A stretch of DNA of 64,000 nt, from NCBI GenBank assembly GCA_012837385.1, contig DURH01000066.1:7717-71716 (forward strand), read 5' to 3'. Every line of letters begins with the position of its first letter. Within the stretch, counting starts at the first letter, position 1. This DNA is from Bacillota bacterium (lineage in GTDB: Bacteria; Bacillota; Limnochordia; Darwinibacteriales; Darwinibacteriaceae). A program made the translations under genes and the position numbers. This document shows, piece after piece, positions 28,193 to 37,161 of the stretch. The notes under the pieces were generated by a model. It saw nothing but the letters and a program-made list of their open reading frames with translations, was not told the origin of the DNA and searched no databases.

Positions 28193-28690
28193 GTGCGCCA
28201 ATCCGTTTATCAATCTCCGCTGGGCCCCTTTTATCTTTGGTTCGCCAACGATAGACTCATTTACGCCTCGTTCAACAAGGGGTGGGGAGAGAAGTTCACC
28301 GCCCGCCATTTCCCCCAAGAGGAATTCTCCCGTGGGGATCTGCCCCAGGCCTACACCCACGACCTGGCCGCCTATTTCCAAGGCGACAGAGTGGAATTTG
28401 ACTGGCCCCTTTTGCTGTTGGGCACAGAGTTTCAGAAGCGAGTGTGGCACGAAATATCCCAAATTCCCCATGGGGGCGTCACCACGTACAAACGGATCGG
28501 CGAGAATCTGGGCACCAAAGCCTACAGGGCTGTGGGCCAAGCAGTGGGAGCCAACCCGGTAAGTGTCATCATCCCCTGCCATAGAGTGCTGGGAACTCAC
28601 GGACTAGGAGGATACAGCGGCGGGCTCAATGTAAAACGCTTGCTTTTGGAGTTAGAAAATGTTACCCTAGCTCCAAACCTGCAAGCCTAA
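28193..28690 (+). CDS. ogt: methylated-DNA--protein-cysteine methyltransferase
   Basis: PCHRVLG active-site motif. GTG start behind a GGAGGGA RBS. Confidence 0.85.
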   Translation: MRQSVYQSPLGPFYLWFANDRLIYASFNKGWGEKFTARHFPQEEFSRGDLPQAYTHDLAAYFQGDRVEFDWPLLLLGTEFQKRVWHEISQIPHGGVTTYKRIGENLGTKAYRAVGQAVGANPVSVIIPCHRVLGTHGLGGYSGGLNVKRLLLELENVTLAPNLQA

Positions 28691-28744
28691 TGGAGGTGAA
28701 AGACTATTAGACCGTTAGTTTTTGGCTTTGATATCGACGGAGTA

Positions 28745-29305
28745 TTGACCCACGATGACGATGGCACGAAGAACATCTGGTTGGAGGCTGCCAGCGAGTA
28801 TTTCGGCGAGCCCATGACCAAGCCAGCCTATTATATAGAAGATGCTTTCAACAAAACCCGGGAAGAGGTACAGGAGTTCTTTGACGCCTGTATCGAGTCC
28901 ATCTTCACCAACGTACCGGCGCGAGATCACGCGGCAGACACCCTGCGCTCCCTGACTGAACAGGGCAGCCTCGTTCATCTGATCACCGCCAGGGATGAAC
29001 GGCACCGCCAGACCACAGAAAAGTGGCTGGAGCGCCACGGCATCCCCTACCACAGCCTGACCATGAGTCCCATCCACGGTAGGTATTCCAAGGGCAAACG
29101 CTGCCTGGAACTGGGGGTGCAGTTCTTTGTAGACGACAAGGTGGAAAACGCCTTGGAAGTGGCAGACTGCGGTATCTACACTCTGCTCTTCCATGCCTCC
29201 CATCATGCGGGACGCCGCACCAACCTGCCATTAGTTAAGGACTGGTTGGAGGTGCAGCAGCATATTGAGTTCTTCCTCGATCAAGGGCGGCGCCAGGTCC
29301 GCTGA
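28745..29305 (+). CDS. HAD-superfamily 5'(3')-deoxyribonucleotidase-like protein (start unresolved; reading frame is open from 28700)
   Basis: NT5C/YorS-like sequence. The catalytic DxD motif (GFDIDGVL, 28724-28744) lies upstream of the TTG at 28745 chosen by the ORF track, and there is no ATG/GTG/TTG between the in-frame stop (28697-28699) and 28745. Confidence 0.55.
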   Translation: MTHDDDGTKNIWLEAASEYFGEPMTKPAYYIEDAFNKTREEVQEFFDACIESIFTNVPARDHAADTLRSLTEQGSLVHLITARDERHRQTTEKWLERHGIPYHSLTMSPIHGRYSKGKRCLELGVQFFVDDKVENALEVADCGIYTLLFHASHHAGRRTNLPLVKDWLEVQQHIEFFLDQGRRQVR

Positions 29306-30250
29306 TTAGGACACGCTGCGTTCCAGCTCCTCTTGGCACAGCTCGTAGAAGCTGCACCAGGGACATTGATCCCTGTCCTCTGTTAAGGGAAAACTCCCTT
29401 TGGGCTGTGGAGCATTCAGCTCGGGGCTGCGCAGCAGTTCCCGCATCCGTTCCATGCTCTCCAGCGCAGACTGTTCCACAGCTCGAACATCCTGTACATC
29501 GAAACGCATCTCAATTTTGGTTTTGAGATTGAGATACTCCAAACGAGCAGTAATCTGCTCCACAGGAGCTTGGTACTTCTTATGTACAAAAAGAACGTAG
29601 AGGGCCACTTGGTCCCGATTCTCTTCAGCTTCTTCCCCTGTCTTCCAATCCACCACTACCCACTCGCCCCCTGGCTTACGAAACACCAGGTCAGGCACTG
29701 CATACACAGGTGTATCAGCGATGAGAATGGTATCAAACTGTTCACAGCTGATCACCTCCGCACCTGCCGCGGCCAGCTCGTCCCAGACCGAGCTGTTCAC
29801 CAGCCCTTCGGAAGCCTGGACGATGCGCTGGTTAATGCGCTCCACTACACTCTCACTTACTCCCCGCCCATAGTAGAACTCATGGAGCATGTCCACCCGA
29901 TTGGGACGCATAAGGAAGAGATCCCTGTCATCCCGGGAGGACTTCCACACTCTCCTCAGCTGCCTGCGGATTTCTTCCTCCACCGCCTCAGCGCTGGGCA
30001 GGGACCGCCCCAAGGAAAGCCTTTCCACCATGGACTGCGCGCATTTGTGCACGGCATCGCCTAATACCGTATAAATGTTGCTCAGCTTCTTTAAGCGATA
30101 GGCCAGAGCGGCCTCTGGCGGTGCACCCTGCTCCCATCCATTGTGGGAAGCATAGTAGTTGTAGTAATAGCGGCGCCGGCAGCTGGCAAAGATCTGCTGC
30201 CGGGAAAAAGACCAGGACCACTGGGGGTACTCGGTTCTCACATACGCCAA
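29306..30250 (-). CDS. Cas4/AddB-like PD-(D/E)XK nuclease with Fe-S cysteine staple (stand-alone)
   Basis: One N-terminal Cys (FASCRRRYYY) plus a C-terminal CPWCSFYELC (CxxCx5C), and an Asp (VPDLVF) followed by VVDWK, consistent with a PD-(D/E)XK core. TTG start at 30250, 1 nt after the MscS TGA stop, with a GGAAAGGGGG RBS. Confidence 0.7.
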   Translation of the reverse strand: MAYVRTEYPQWSWSFSRQQIFASCRRRYYYNYYASHNGWEQGAPPEAALAYRLKKLSNIYTVLGDAVHKCAQSMVERLSLGRSLPSAEAVEEEIRRQLRRVWKSSRDDRDLFLMRPNRVDMLHEFYYGRGVSESVVERINQRIVQASEGLVNSSVWDELAAAGAEVISCEQFDTILIADTPVYAVPDLVFRKPGGEWVVVDWKTGEEAEENRDQVALYVLFVHKKYQAPVEQITARLEYLNLKTKIEMRFDVQDVRAVEQSALESMERMRELLRSPELNAPQPKGSFPLTEDRDQCPWCSFYELCQEELERSVS

Positions 30251-30251
30251 T

Positions 30252-31457
30252 TCACAGCCCCCTTTCCGCCATCACCCTGGCCAAATCATGTCCACTTGGG
30301 TTTTGGAACACCCGCAGTTCAAATTCGGGGATGATAGCCAAGATATGGTCGAAAATATCAGCTGCCACGCCTTCATGGTTGATCCAGCCAGTGTCCTTGG
30401 TAAAGGCATAGATCTCCATGGGCAGCCCATTTGTTGTGGGCGGCAGCTGCCTGACAATCATAATCAAATCTTGGTTTATACCTGGATGAGCCTTTAGATA
30501 GGCAATAAGATAGGCCCTAAAGGTACCTAGGTTAGTCAGATGACGCCCATTCACCAGTGAGGTCTCATCAATGCTGTGCAGCCTGTTGTACTCCTGGATT
30601 TCCGCAATCTTCCCCTCCAGATAGCCTTGGAGCAGCTGGATCCGGCTTAAGCGCTGCAGCAGCCCTTCGTCTAGAAAGCGCACGCTGGTCTGATCGATCA
30701 GCACAGAGCGCTTGATCCGCCTGCCTCCCCCCTCAAACATCCCCCGCCAGTTCACAAAGGAATCACCGGTAAGCTTGTGGGTTGGGATGGTGGTGATGGA
30801 ACGGTCCCAGTTGCGCACTTTCACATAGTGCAGGGCCACCTCCACCACATGTCCGTCAGCACCGAACTTGGGCATCTCAATCCAGTCTCCTACCCGCACC
30901 TGGTCATTGATGGTGAGCTGGAGGCCGGCAAAGAAGGCTAAGATGGTGTCCTGGAAGACCACTAAGAGCACGGCACTCACCGCGCCAAGTCCGCTCAACA
31001 GGATCCAGGGAGACTGTCCCAGGAGCAGTGAGAAGATGATGGTGCCAGCAAAGGCCCAAAGGGCAATCTGCAGAATCTGCACAAAGCCCTTAATAGGCAT
31101 CCTCACGGAAATGGGAAAGCTGTTATAGATCTGCAGCCCCGCCCTGAGCAGGCGATCCACTGACACGGCAACCACCAAGATGACAGCCACCCTAAGCAGC
31201 TGGTTGACGCCCCCCTGAAGAACATGAAGGAAGGGCAGCACCCGGAACATGATCACCGCCGGCACCACTAAGGCAAAGACGTTGAACACTCTCTGTTCAA
31301 AGAGGAACTCATCCCACTTGGTTGGCGTCTTGCGCAAAAGGCGGTGCAGCCACGGCAGCACGCGCTCCTTTGCAATGTAATAGGCAATGGCGCTTAAGCC
31401 CAGCCCAAAGATGAGCAGCAGCAGATCGCGGACGACGGGATTCTCCAAAAAGAGCAT
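30252..31457 (-). CDS. mechanosensitive ion channel (MscS family, YbdG/MscM-like)
   Basis: MscS TM3 pore helix plus beta-domain signatures (VVFQDTILAFFAGLQLTINDQVRVGDWIE). Start set to the ATG at 31457, 6 nt after a perfect AAGGAGG RBS. Confidence 0.85.
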   Translation of the reverse strand: MLFLENPVVRDLLLLIFGLGLSAIAYYIAKERVLPWLHRLLRKTPTKWDEFLFEQRVFNVFALVVPAVIMFRVLPFLHVLQGGVNQLLRVAVILVVAVSVDRLLRAGLQIYNSFPISVRMPIKGFVQILQIALWAFAGTIIFSLLLGQSPWILLSGLGAVSAVLLVVFQDTILAFFAGLQLTINDQVRVGDWIEMPKFGADGHVVEVALHYVKVRNWDRSITTIPTHKLTGDSFVNWRGMFEGGGRRIKRSVLIDQTSVRFLDEGLLQRLSRIQLLQGYLEGKIAEIQEYNRLHSIDETSLVNGRHLTNLGTFRAYLIAYLKAHPGINQDLIMIVRQLPPTTNGLPMEIYAFTKDTGWINHEGVAADIFDHILAIIPEFELRVFQNPSGHDLARVMAERGL

Positions 31458-31468
31458 GGTAATCCTCC

Positions 31469-33151
31469 TTAAATCCTCACCCATAGGGTATGAGCCCAGC
31501 GTTTAGCCACCGCCCTCACTAACACACCTACAAGCACAGCTGCAGCCAAGAGCTCCACAGGGATCAGCCAAAGAGTACCGGTGTTGGAATTGAGGTACAT
31601 CAGGGCACCAAGGGCAAAGGCAAACGCACCGGTGATCAGCATGCCCGCCACAGCATTGAGGTTGGACTTCACCGCTTTTACGGGGTTTACCCAATTCAGC
31701 ATGGGCTTGCGCAGATCAAAGAGTACCAGAAAACCCGCAACAGCACTGGCCAGCAAAATGCCGAGGATAGAGCCTAGAACTACTTCAGTCACACCCCAGC
31801 CTAAGATGTAAGCCATTGGCAGAACGCCCACCAGGCAGCCCACTGTGTTCACGACTTGAGCCCCCAACACTTTGGCGGTGATGATCTGATCGATGCCCAA
31901 GGGCAGCGTACGGATCATCCACAAGTACCGGCCTTCCCTGGAAAAGGTGGTGGCTGGAATCATGGACATGGCGGTCATAACCATGAAGTAAAGGGCCACA
32001 CCGCCTGCCACCAAGAACGGCGATAGTTGATCGAGGGCCAGCATTTCGAAGGGGTTGTTCTCTAAGCTTTGGCCGAAATAGGGCAGAAGCGTCATGACTG
32101 GCAGAAGTACATAGCCCACTAAGCCGTTTAGGGCAAAGCCGGGATCACGTACAAACAGCTTCCATTCAGCATTGGCCAAAGTCCAAAGCGGCGCCTTGGC
32201 CGATTGTTCGATCTTCACCTGGCGGACTTTCTCAGAACCCTTGGTTCCTTCCATGCGGGCCAACAGGCCTTGGAGGAACACCTTCTCCCCTAAGACGTAA
32301 AGGAGCAGCAAAGCCACGCAGCTAGCTGCTGCCAAGTACAAGATGTTCAGCCAACCCTGCGCGGTATGGGCGTATGCCATACCTTGAGCAGCCCATACGC
32401 TGGGCGGGAACACCTTCCCCGCTGCCTTAATGAGTCCATCAGCCTGGCTGAGCAGCTGTTCCATAAACTGATCAGGGTCGCCTGCACCCACACTGTTCTG
32501 CAGCCAGATTTGGAACCCAACGGTAACGATGATCAGCGCGAGTCCGCCGAAGAGCGTAAGTTTATCCCTATGACGGCTGAAATTGACTACACGCATGAGC
32601 AGAACAGCAAGGATGCTGGACAGGATAAGGGGAAGCAGGGGCAGTGCGAAGAAAACCACCACTCCCGCCATAATGTAGCCAGCGCCCACCTTGGCGAGCA
32701 GACCGTAGCGCACCCAGAGGGGAAGCAGAATCAGGAGATTGATCCCATACTGTCCTGTGAGCACTACCCCAAACTTGGCGGCGAGTATCTCCCAAGAGCG
32801 CAGGGGTAGGGGCACCAAAACCTCTAAATCGGTGCTGAAATAGAAAGCGGAGAGCACCGAAAAGAAGCCGAAAAACAGCCCGGCCAGGGAAACCAGGAGA
32901 GAACCGTTGAGCAGTGCCAGATGGGGCTGCCCAAAAGCCAACCCTCCCAAAAAGAGCTGCTCGGTTAGTTTCCAGACAAAACCAACTACCACAGCTATCA
33001 CCGGCAGCAGCGACGCGATGATCAGGATCGGTTCCCAGGTGCGCTGCCTTTTCTTAATGTAGTAGTACTTGGCCGCAGACAAGCCGTAATGATCACTGAG
33101 CAGAGTGCGGTAGAGAGTCCAGAATCTATTCTTCATCATAACCACCTGCAT
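31469..33151 (-). CDS. ABC-2-type exporter permease-like polytopic membrane protein (560 aa)
   Basis: At least 10 predicted TM helices. It overlaps the upstream ABC ATPase stop, and its TAA stop is embedded in the MscS RBS. The family assignment is generic. Confidence 0.55.
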   Translation of the reverse strand: MQVVMMKNRFWTLYRTLLSDHYGLSAAKYYYIKKRQRTWEPILIIASLLPVIAVVVGFVWKLTEQLFLGGLAFGQPHLALLNGSLLVSLAGLFFGFFSVLSAFYFSTDLEVLVPLPLRSWEILAAKFGVVLTGQYGINLLILLPLWVRYGLLAKVGAGYIMAGVVVFFALPLLPLILSSILAVLLMRVVNFSRHRDKLTLFGGLALIIVTVGFQIWLQNSVGAGDPDQFMEQLLSQADGLIKAAGKVFPPSVWAAQGMAYAHTAQGWLNILYLAAASCVALLLLYVLGEKVFLQGLLARMEGTKGSEKVRQVKIEQSAKAPLWTLANAEWKLFVRDPGFALNGLVGYVLLPVMTLLPYFGQSLENNPFEMLALDQLSPFLVAGGVALYFMVMTAMSMIPATTFSREGRYLWMIRTLPLGIDQIITAKVLGAQVVNTVGCLVGVLPMAYILGWGVTEVVLGSILGILLASAVAGFLVLFDLRKPMLNWVNPVKAVKSNLNAVAGMLITGAFAFALGALMYLNSNTGTLWLIPVELLAAAVLVGVLVRAVAKRWAHTLWVRI

Positions 33152-33872
33152 CCGTCAGTTCTAAGAACAGCTTCTCCAGGTTGGAACCCACCTGCCCTGA
33201 AGCCTGCCGCAGTTCATCCATGGTGCCGCAGGCGATCAGCTGCCCTTTGTTGATAATACCTACCCGGTGGCAGAGCTGCTCAGCCACCTCCAGAACGTGG
33301 GTGGAGAAAAACACTGTGTTCCCCTGATTCACATGGTCCCGCATAATGTTCTTGAAGAGGTGGGATGATCTGGGGTCTAAGCCGACCATAGGTTCGTCCA
33401 GGATAAAAAGGGGCGGTTGGTGCAAAAGTGCGCCGGTCAGGGCCAGCTTCTGCTGCATCCCCCTGGAATAGCTTTGAATTAGGTCGCCTAGGGCCGCGGT
33501 TAGTTCAAACATCTCTAGGTAGTGATCTAGACGCTGTTTTCTAGTGGCTCCATCGACTCCATAGACATCGCCGATAAGATTGAGATACTCCAGCCCGGTC
33601 AACCTAGGGTACAGATCAGGTTTGTCAGGCACATAGCCAATGGAATGCTTCGCCGCCAGGGGATCCCTAGCCAGGTCATGGCCATTGACCTCAAGCTTGC
33701 CCTGGTCCGGGGTGAGCAGCCCCACCACCATTTTGATGGTAGTGGTCTTGCCTGCCCCATTGGGGCCCAGAAAACCGAAAATCTCCCCTGGGCGGACCTC
33801 CAAGTTCAAATTGTCCACTGCCAACACACTTGCTCCTTTGTAGCGTTTCGAGACACCCTCCAGCTTAAGCAT
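33126..33872 (-). CDS. ABC transporter ATP-binding protein (ABC-2/CcmA-like type)
   Basis: Walker A GPNGAGKTT, signature YSRGMQQKL and Walker B LFILDEP. Start at the ATG 33872 (MLKLEGVSKRY) behind a GAAGGGGT RBS. Confidence 0.85.
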   Translation of the reverse strand: MLKLEGVSKRYKGASVLAVDNLNLEVRPGEIFGFLGPNGAGKTTTIKMVVGLLTPDQGKLEVNGHDLARDPLAAKHSIGYVPDKPDLYPRLTGLEYLNLIGDVYGVDGATRKQRLDHYLEMFELTAALGDLIQSYSRGMQQKLALTGALLHQPPLFILDEPMVGLDPRSSHLFKNIMRDHVNQGNTVFFSTHVLEVAEQLCHRVGIINKGQLIACGTMDELRQASGQVGSNLEKLFLELTDAGGYDEE

Positions 33873-33912
33873 TGATCTACCCCTTCTCAGCAAGATACCT
33901 GTAATCATGATC

Positions 33913-34728
33913 TTATTCTCTTTTGTATAACTGTTCCCTGCTGAAAACCCAGTTATCGCCTAGGAGGTTAAAGCCCACCACTGCTAGGGCTATAAAGAGT
34001 CCGGGAACCAGAACCAGCCAGGGGGCCAAGGAACCATAGGCCTGGGCTTCCCTCAGCATCCGGCCCCAGGAGGGGTCAGGAGGCTGAATACCCACGCCTA
34101 GGTAACTTAAGGATGCTTCCACCAGAATTGCACCTGCCAGGCTGATGGAAAACTGGACCAAGAGGGCACCCTGGAGGTTGGGCAGGATGTGGCGCAGCAC
34201 AAGGCGGAGATCGCTGGCTCCCAGCGCCCGGGCTGCTTCCACATAGGGACGCTCTTTGATGCTGAGCGCTTGATTCCTCGCCACCCTGAGAAAAATGGGG
34301 ATATTGCCCAGGGCAATGGCCCAGAGCACCACAGGAAACCCAGGCGACCAAATGGTGGCCAGAAGCAGCGCCAGCAGAATGCTGGGCAGAGCCTGCAGGG
34401 ATGTGCTGAGCCGCATCAAGAGCTCATCCCACCAACCGCCCAAAAAGCCGGCGGCGAGGCCTAGGGCGGTCCCGGCTGCGCCTCCTAAGATAACCGCGGC
34501 CACCCCCACCGCCAGGGAAATCCGGGCACCGCTGAGCATGCGGCTGAGCACATCCCGACCAAAGTGATCTGTGCCCAGGAGATGTTCCTTGCCTGGGGGG
34601 GTGAAGCGGCGGGTTACTTGGATTTGATTGGGATCATAAGGGGTATAAAACCAGCCCAGAATGGTGAGGGCCAGCAGCACACCCACCAACACCATACCCC
34701 ACCTACGGCTGTTCATAATTCCTACCAC
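33913..34728 (-). CDS. ABC peptide/nickel importer permease (OppC/DppC/NikC-like)
   Basis: BPD_transp_1 family with an N-terminal OppC-like region. Confidence 0.85.
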   Translation of the reverse strand: MVGIMNSRRWGMVLVGVLLALTILGWFYTPYDPNQIQVTRRFTPPGKEHLLGTDHFGRDVLSRMLSGARISLAVGVAAVILGGAAGTALGLAAGFLGGWWDELLMRLSTSLQALPSILLALLLATIWSPGFPVVLWAIALGNIPIFLRVARNQALSIKERPYVEAARALGASDLRLVLRHILPNLQGALLVQFSISLAGAILVEASLSYLGVGIQPPDPSWGRMLREAQAYGSLAPWLVLVPGLFIALAVVGFNLLGDNWVFSREQLYKRE

Positions 34729-34730
34729 CT

Positions 34731-35651
34731 TCAGTCATAGCGAATCCTGGGATCCAGCAGTCCCAGGCAGAGATCCAATGCCAGATCAAACACCAGAATT
34801 AACAGCACTACCAGCATTACCACTGTCTGCACCAGAGGTAAATCCCGCTGGAACACGCCTGCCAGGAGGAGCTGGCCAATGCCAGGAAGCCCGAAAACCT
34901 GCTCCACTACAATGGTTCCCGCCAGCAGCTGGGCGAACTGAACTCCTGCTGCGGTTACTCCACCTAGGGCTCCGTTGCGCAGGGCGTGCTTGAAGAAGAC
35001 GCGGATTTGGGGTACTCCCTTGGCCTTGGCAGTACGCACATAATCCTGCTCCAGCGCCTCCAGCATCCCGGCGCGAAGAAAGCGGCTCAGCACCGCGGTT
35101 CTCGGCAGAGCCAACGTAACGGTGGGCAGGATCAGGCTACCCCATTGGCCGCTTCCCCCTGAGGGCAAAACCCTCAGCTGCACAGCAAAGAGCTGGATGA
35201 GGAGCAGCCCCACCCAAAACTGGGGCAGGCCCAAACCCAGCTGTGTCCCCATGGACAGGAGGCGGCTGCTAAAACTGCGCGGCCTCGCCGCCATATACAT
35301 CCCCGCGGGCAGAGCAGTCAAGACCGCAGTTCCCACCGCGGAGAGTGCCAGGGCAAAGGATAGGGGAAACGCCTGGCGTACCAGTTCCCCCACGGGAAGT
35401 GAGTAACGCCAGGAATTCCCCCACTGGCCCCGTATGAAATTGGAGAACCACTGCAGGTAGCGTACTACCAGTGGCCCATCTAAACCTAACTCCCGGCGCA
35501 GCCTGGCGTAGGCTTCTGGACTGCCTTCCGTTCCCAGCATCAGTCTGGCAGGGTCGCCAGGCAGCACCTGCAGGATGAAAAAGGTGGCGAAACTCACCAA
35601 CAGAGCGGTGAGGATAAATCCCCCTAGCTTTCGCCACAAATAACGTCTCAT
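34731..35651 (-). CDS. ABC peptide/nickel importer permease (OppB/DppB/NikB-like)
   Basis: BPD_transp_1 family. Start at the ATG 35651 (MRRYLWRKLGGF). Confidence 0.85.
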   Translation of the reverse strand: MRRYLWRKLGGFILTALLVSFATFFILQVLPGDPARLMLGTEGSPEAYARLRRELGLDGPLVVRYLQWFSNFIRGQWGNSWRYSLPVGELVRQAFPLSFALALSAVGTAVLTALPAGMYMAARPRSFSSRLLSMGTQLGLGLPQFWVGLLLIQLFAVQLRVLPSGGSGQWGSLILPTVTLALPRTAVLSRFLRAGMLEALEQDYVRTAKAKGVPQIRVFFKHALRNGALGGVTAAGVQFAQLLAGTIVVEQVFGLPGIGQLLLAGVFQRDLPLVQTVVMLVVLLILVFDLALDLCLGLLDPRIRYD

Positions 35652-35667
35652 GCCCCAATCTCCCCTT

Positions 35668-37143
35668 TTACTTGTACAGAGCGGCCACATCCACAACGTA
35701 GGTGGGGTAGCTCAGCCAGCCCTGGATGCCTTCCTCCATTGCTGCCAACTGCGGTGGGTCCATCACGAACACGCCAGGCAGCTCCCGGGCCAGAATCTCC
35801 TGCGCTTCTAGGTAAATCGCCCTGCGTTCCTCGCCTTCTGCCCTGAGGCCAAGCTCAATTAGCTCATCGTAGCGGCTGTTGGAGAAGTTGAAGAAATTGC
35901 GGCTGTTGCCCGTAGTATAGCGCACCAAGATGGCATGGGGATCCAGCCTCCCCGCTAGGCCGATGATGGACACATCATAATCGCGCTGAGTGTACACCCG
36001 TTCCAGCCAGGTGCCCCATTCCACGATCTCCAGATCTACCTCTAAGCCCAGCTGCTCCCACTGCTGCGCCGCCAACTCCCCAGTCTGCACATGGAGGGGA
36101 TAATTGGCAGGCAGGGTGAGGGTAAAGCGCAGGCCTTCCTGCCCTGCTTCCCGCAGCAGCTCTTTGGCCCTCTTAGGGTCGTACGGGTTGACGTCACTTA
36201 AGTTGTTGTTGTAAAAGCCGGCCATGGCTGGGCTGAGGGCACTGTCGAGAATCGCTCCCTCACCCCAGGCGGCACCCAGGAGAATCTCCTCGCGGTTCAA
36301 CCCCAGGGCCAAAGCCCTACGCACCCGCAGATCGTCAAAGGGCGGCCGGGCATTGTTCACTGCAAAGAGCTGGACCAAGTTCATGGGAGAAGCCTGAACC
36401 TTAATACCGGCATTCCCCTGCACTTGGTGGAGCACTGAGACTTCCAGACGGGGAATCAGCTGTACCCGCCCTGCTTTGAGATTAAGCACCATACTGTTCT
36501 CATCTGGGATAATCAGGAACACAGCCTGCTGGAAATAGGGTTTCTGCCCGGACCAATGCTGGTCAAAGCGGCTCAATTCCAAATGCTGATTGGGCCGCCA
36601 CTCACTGAGATAATAGGGGCCGGTTCCGATGGGTTGGCGGCTCAACCCTTCTGCGCCCTCAGGATAGATAGATGCATAGATCTCTGTGAGGGCATAGATA
36701 AAGGCTCCATGGGGCTCGTGGAGTTCGATCTCCACTGCCTTCTCCAACTCCCTTATCTCCTTAATCATGCTCAGCTCGCCTGCCCGCACAGCCAGCTCTG
36801 GATCACGGGCACGGTTCAAGCTGTTCACCACATCAGCAGCCCGCACCGGCCTGCCATCGTGAAAGTAGGCTTCCCTAAGGTAGAAAGTGTACTTGGTGCC
36901 GCCCTGATCCACAGTCCAGTGGGTGGCCAGAGCCCCTTCTACCCCTCCGTCCGGCGTGGCTTTCACCAGACCCTCGTAGATGTTGAAGGCAACCTCGCTG
37001 GTGGCCGCGGCCACCGTCTGGATGGGATCAAAACTGTCTGGATCCTGTGGAATCGCGATATTCAAAACCTGGGCTGCCGCGAGGCTGCCCAAAGCGAAAA
37101 TCAGCAAAAAGAACACTGCCATGCGGCTCATCTGTTTCCACAT
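35668..37143 (-). CDS. ABC transporter substrate-binding protein, family 5 (peptide/nickel)
   Basis: Signal peptide and SBP_bac_5 architecture. Confidence 0.85.
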   Translation of the reverse strand: MWKQMSRMAVFFLLIFALGSLAAAQVLNIAIPQDPDSFDPIQTVAAATSEVAFNIYEGLVKATPDGGVEGALATHWTVDQGGTKYTFYLREAYFHDGRPVRAADVVNSLNRARDPELAVRAGELSMIKEIRELEKAVEIELHEPHGAFIYALTEIYASIYPEGAEGLSRQPIGTGPYYLSEWRPNQHLELSRFDQHWSGQKPYFQQAVFLIIPDENSMVLNLKAGRVQLIPRLEVSVLHQVQGNAGIKVQASPMNLVQLFAVNNARPPFDDLRVRRALALGLNREEILLGAAWGEGAILDSALSPAMAGFYNNNLSDVNPYDPKRAKELLREAGQEGLRFTLTLPANYPLHVQTGELAAQQWEQLGLEVDLEIVEWGTWLERVYTQRDYDVSIIGLAGRLDPHAILVRYTTGNSRNFFNFSNSRYDELIELGLRAEGEERRAIYLEAQEILARELPGVFVMDPPQLAAMEEGIQGWLSYPTYVVDVAALYK

Positions 37144-37161
37144 ACTTTTCTGCCTCCTCTC

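Noticed and set aside
30239-30252. Alternative GTG (30241) start for the Cas4-like nuclease
   Set aside because: The TTG at 30250 has the better RBS spacing. Either choice keeps the single N-terminal Cys, so the call is unchanged.
33872-33913. Apparent 5-bp coupling between the OppC-like gene and the ABC ATPase ORF (33908)
   Set aside because: The ATPase's supported start is the ATG at 33872 (with an RBS, MLKLEGVSKRY), giving a 40-nt gap. The 12-codon extension was discarded.
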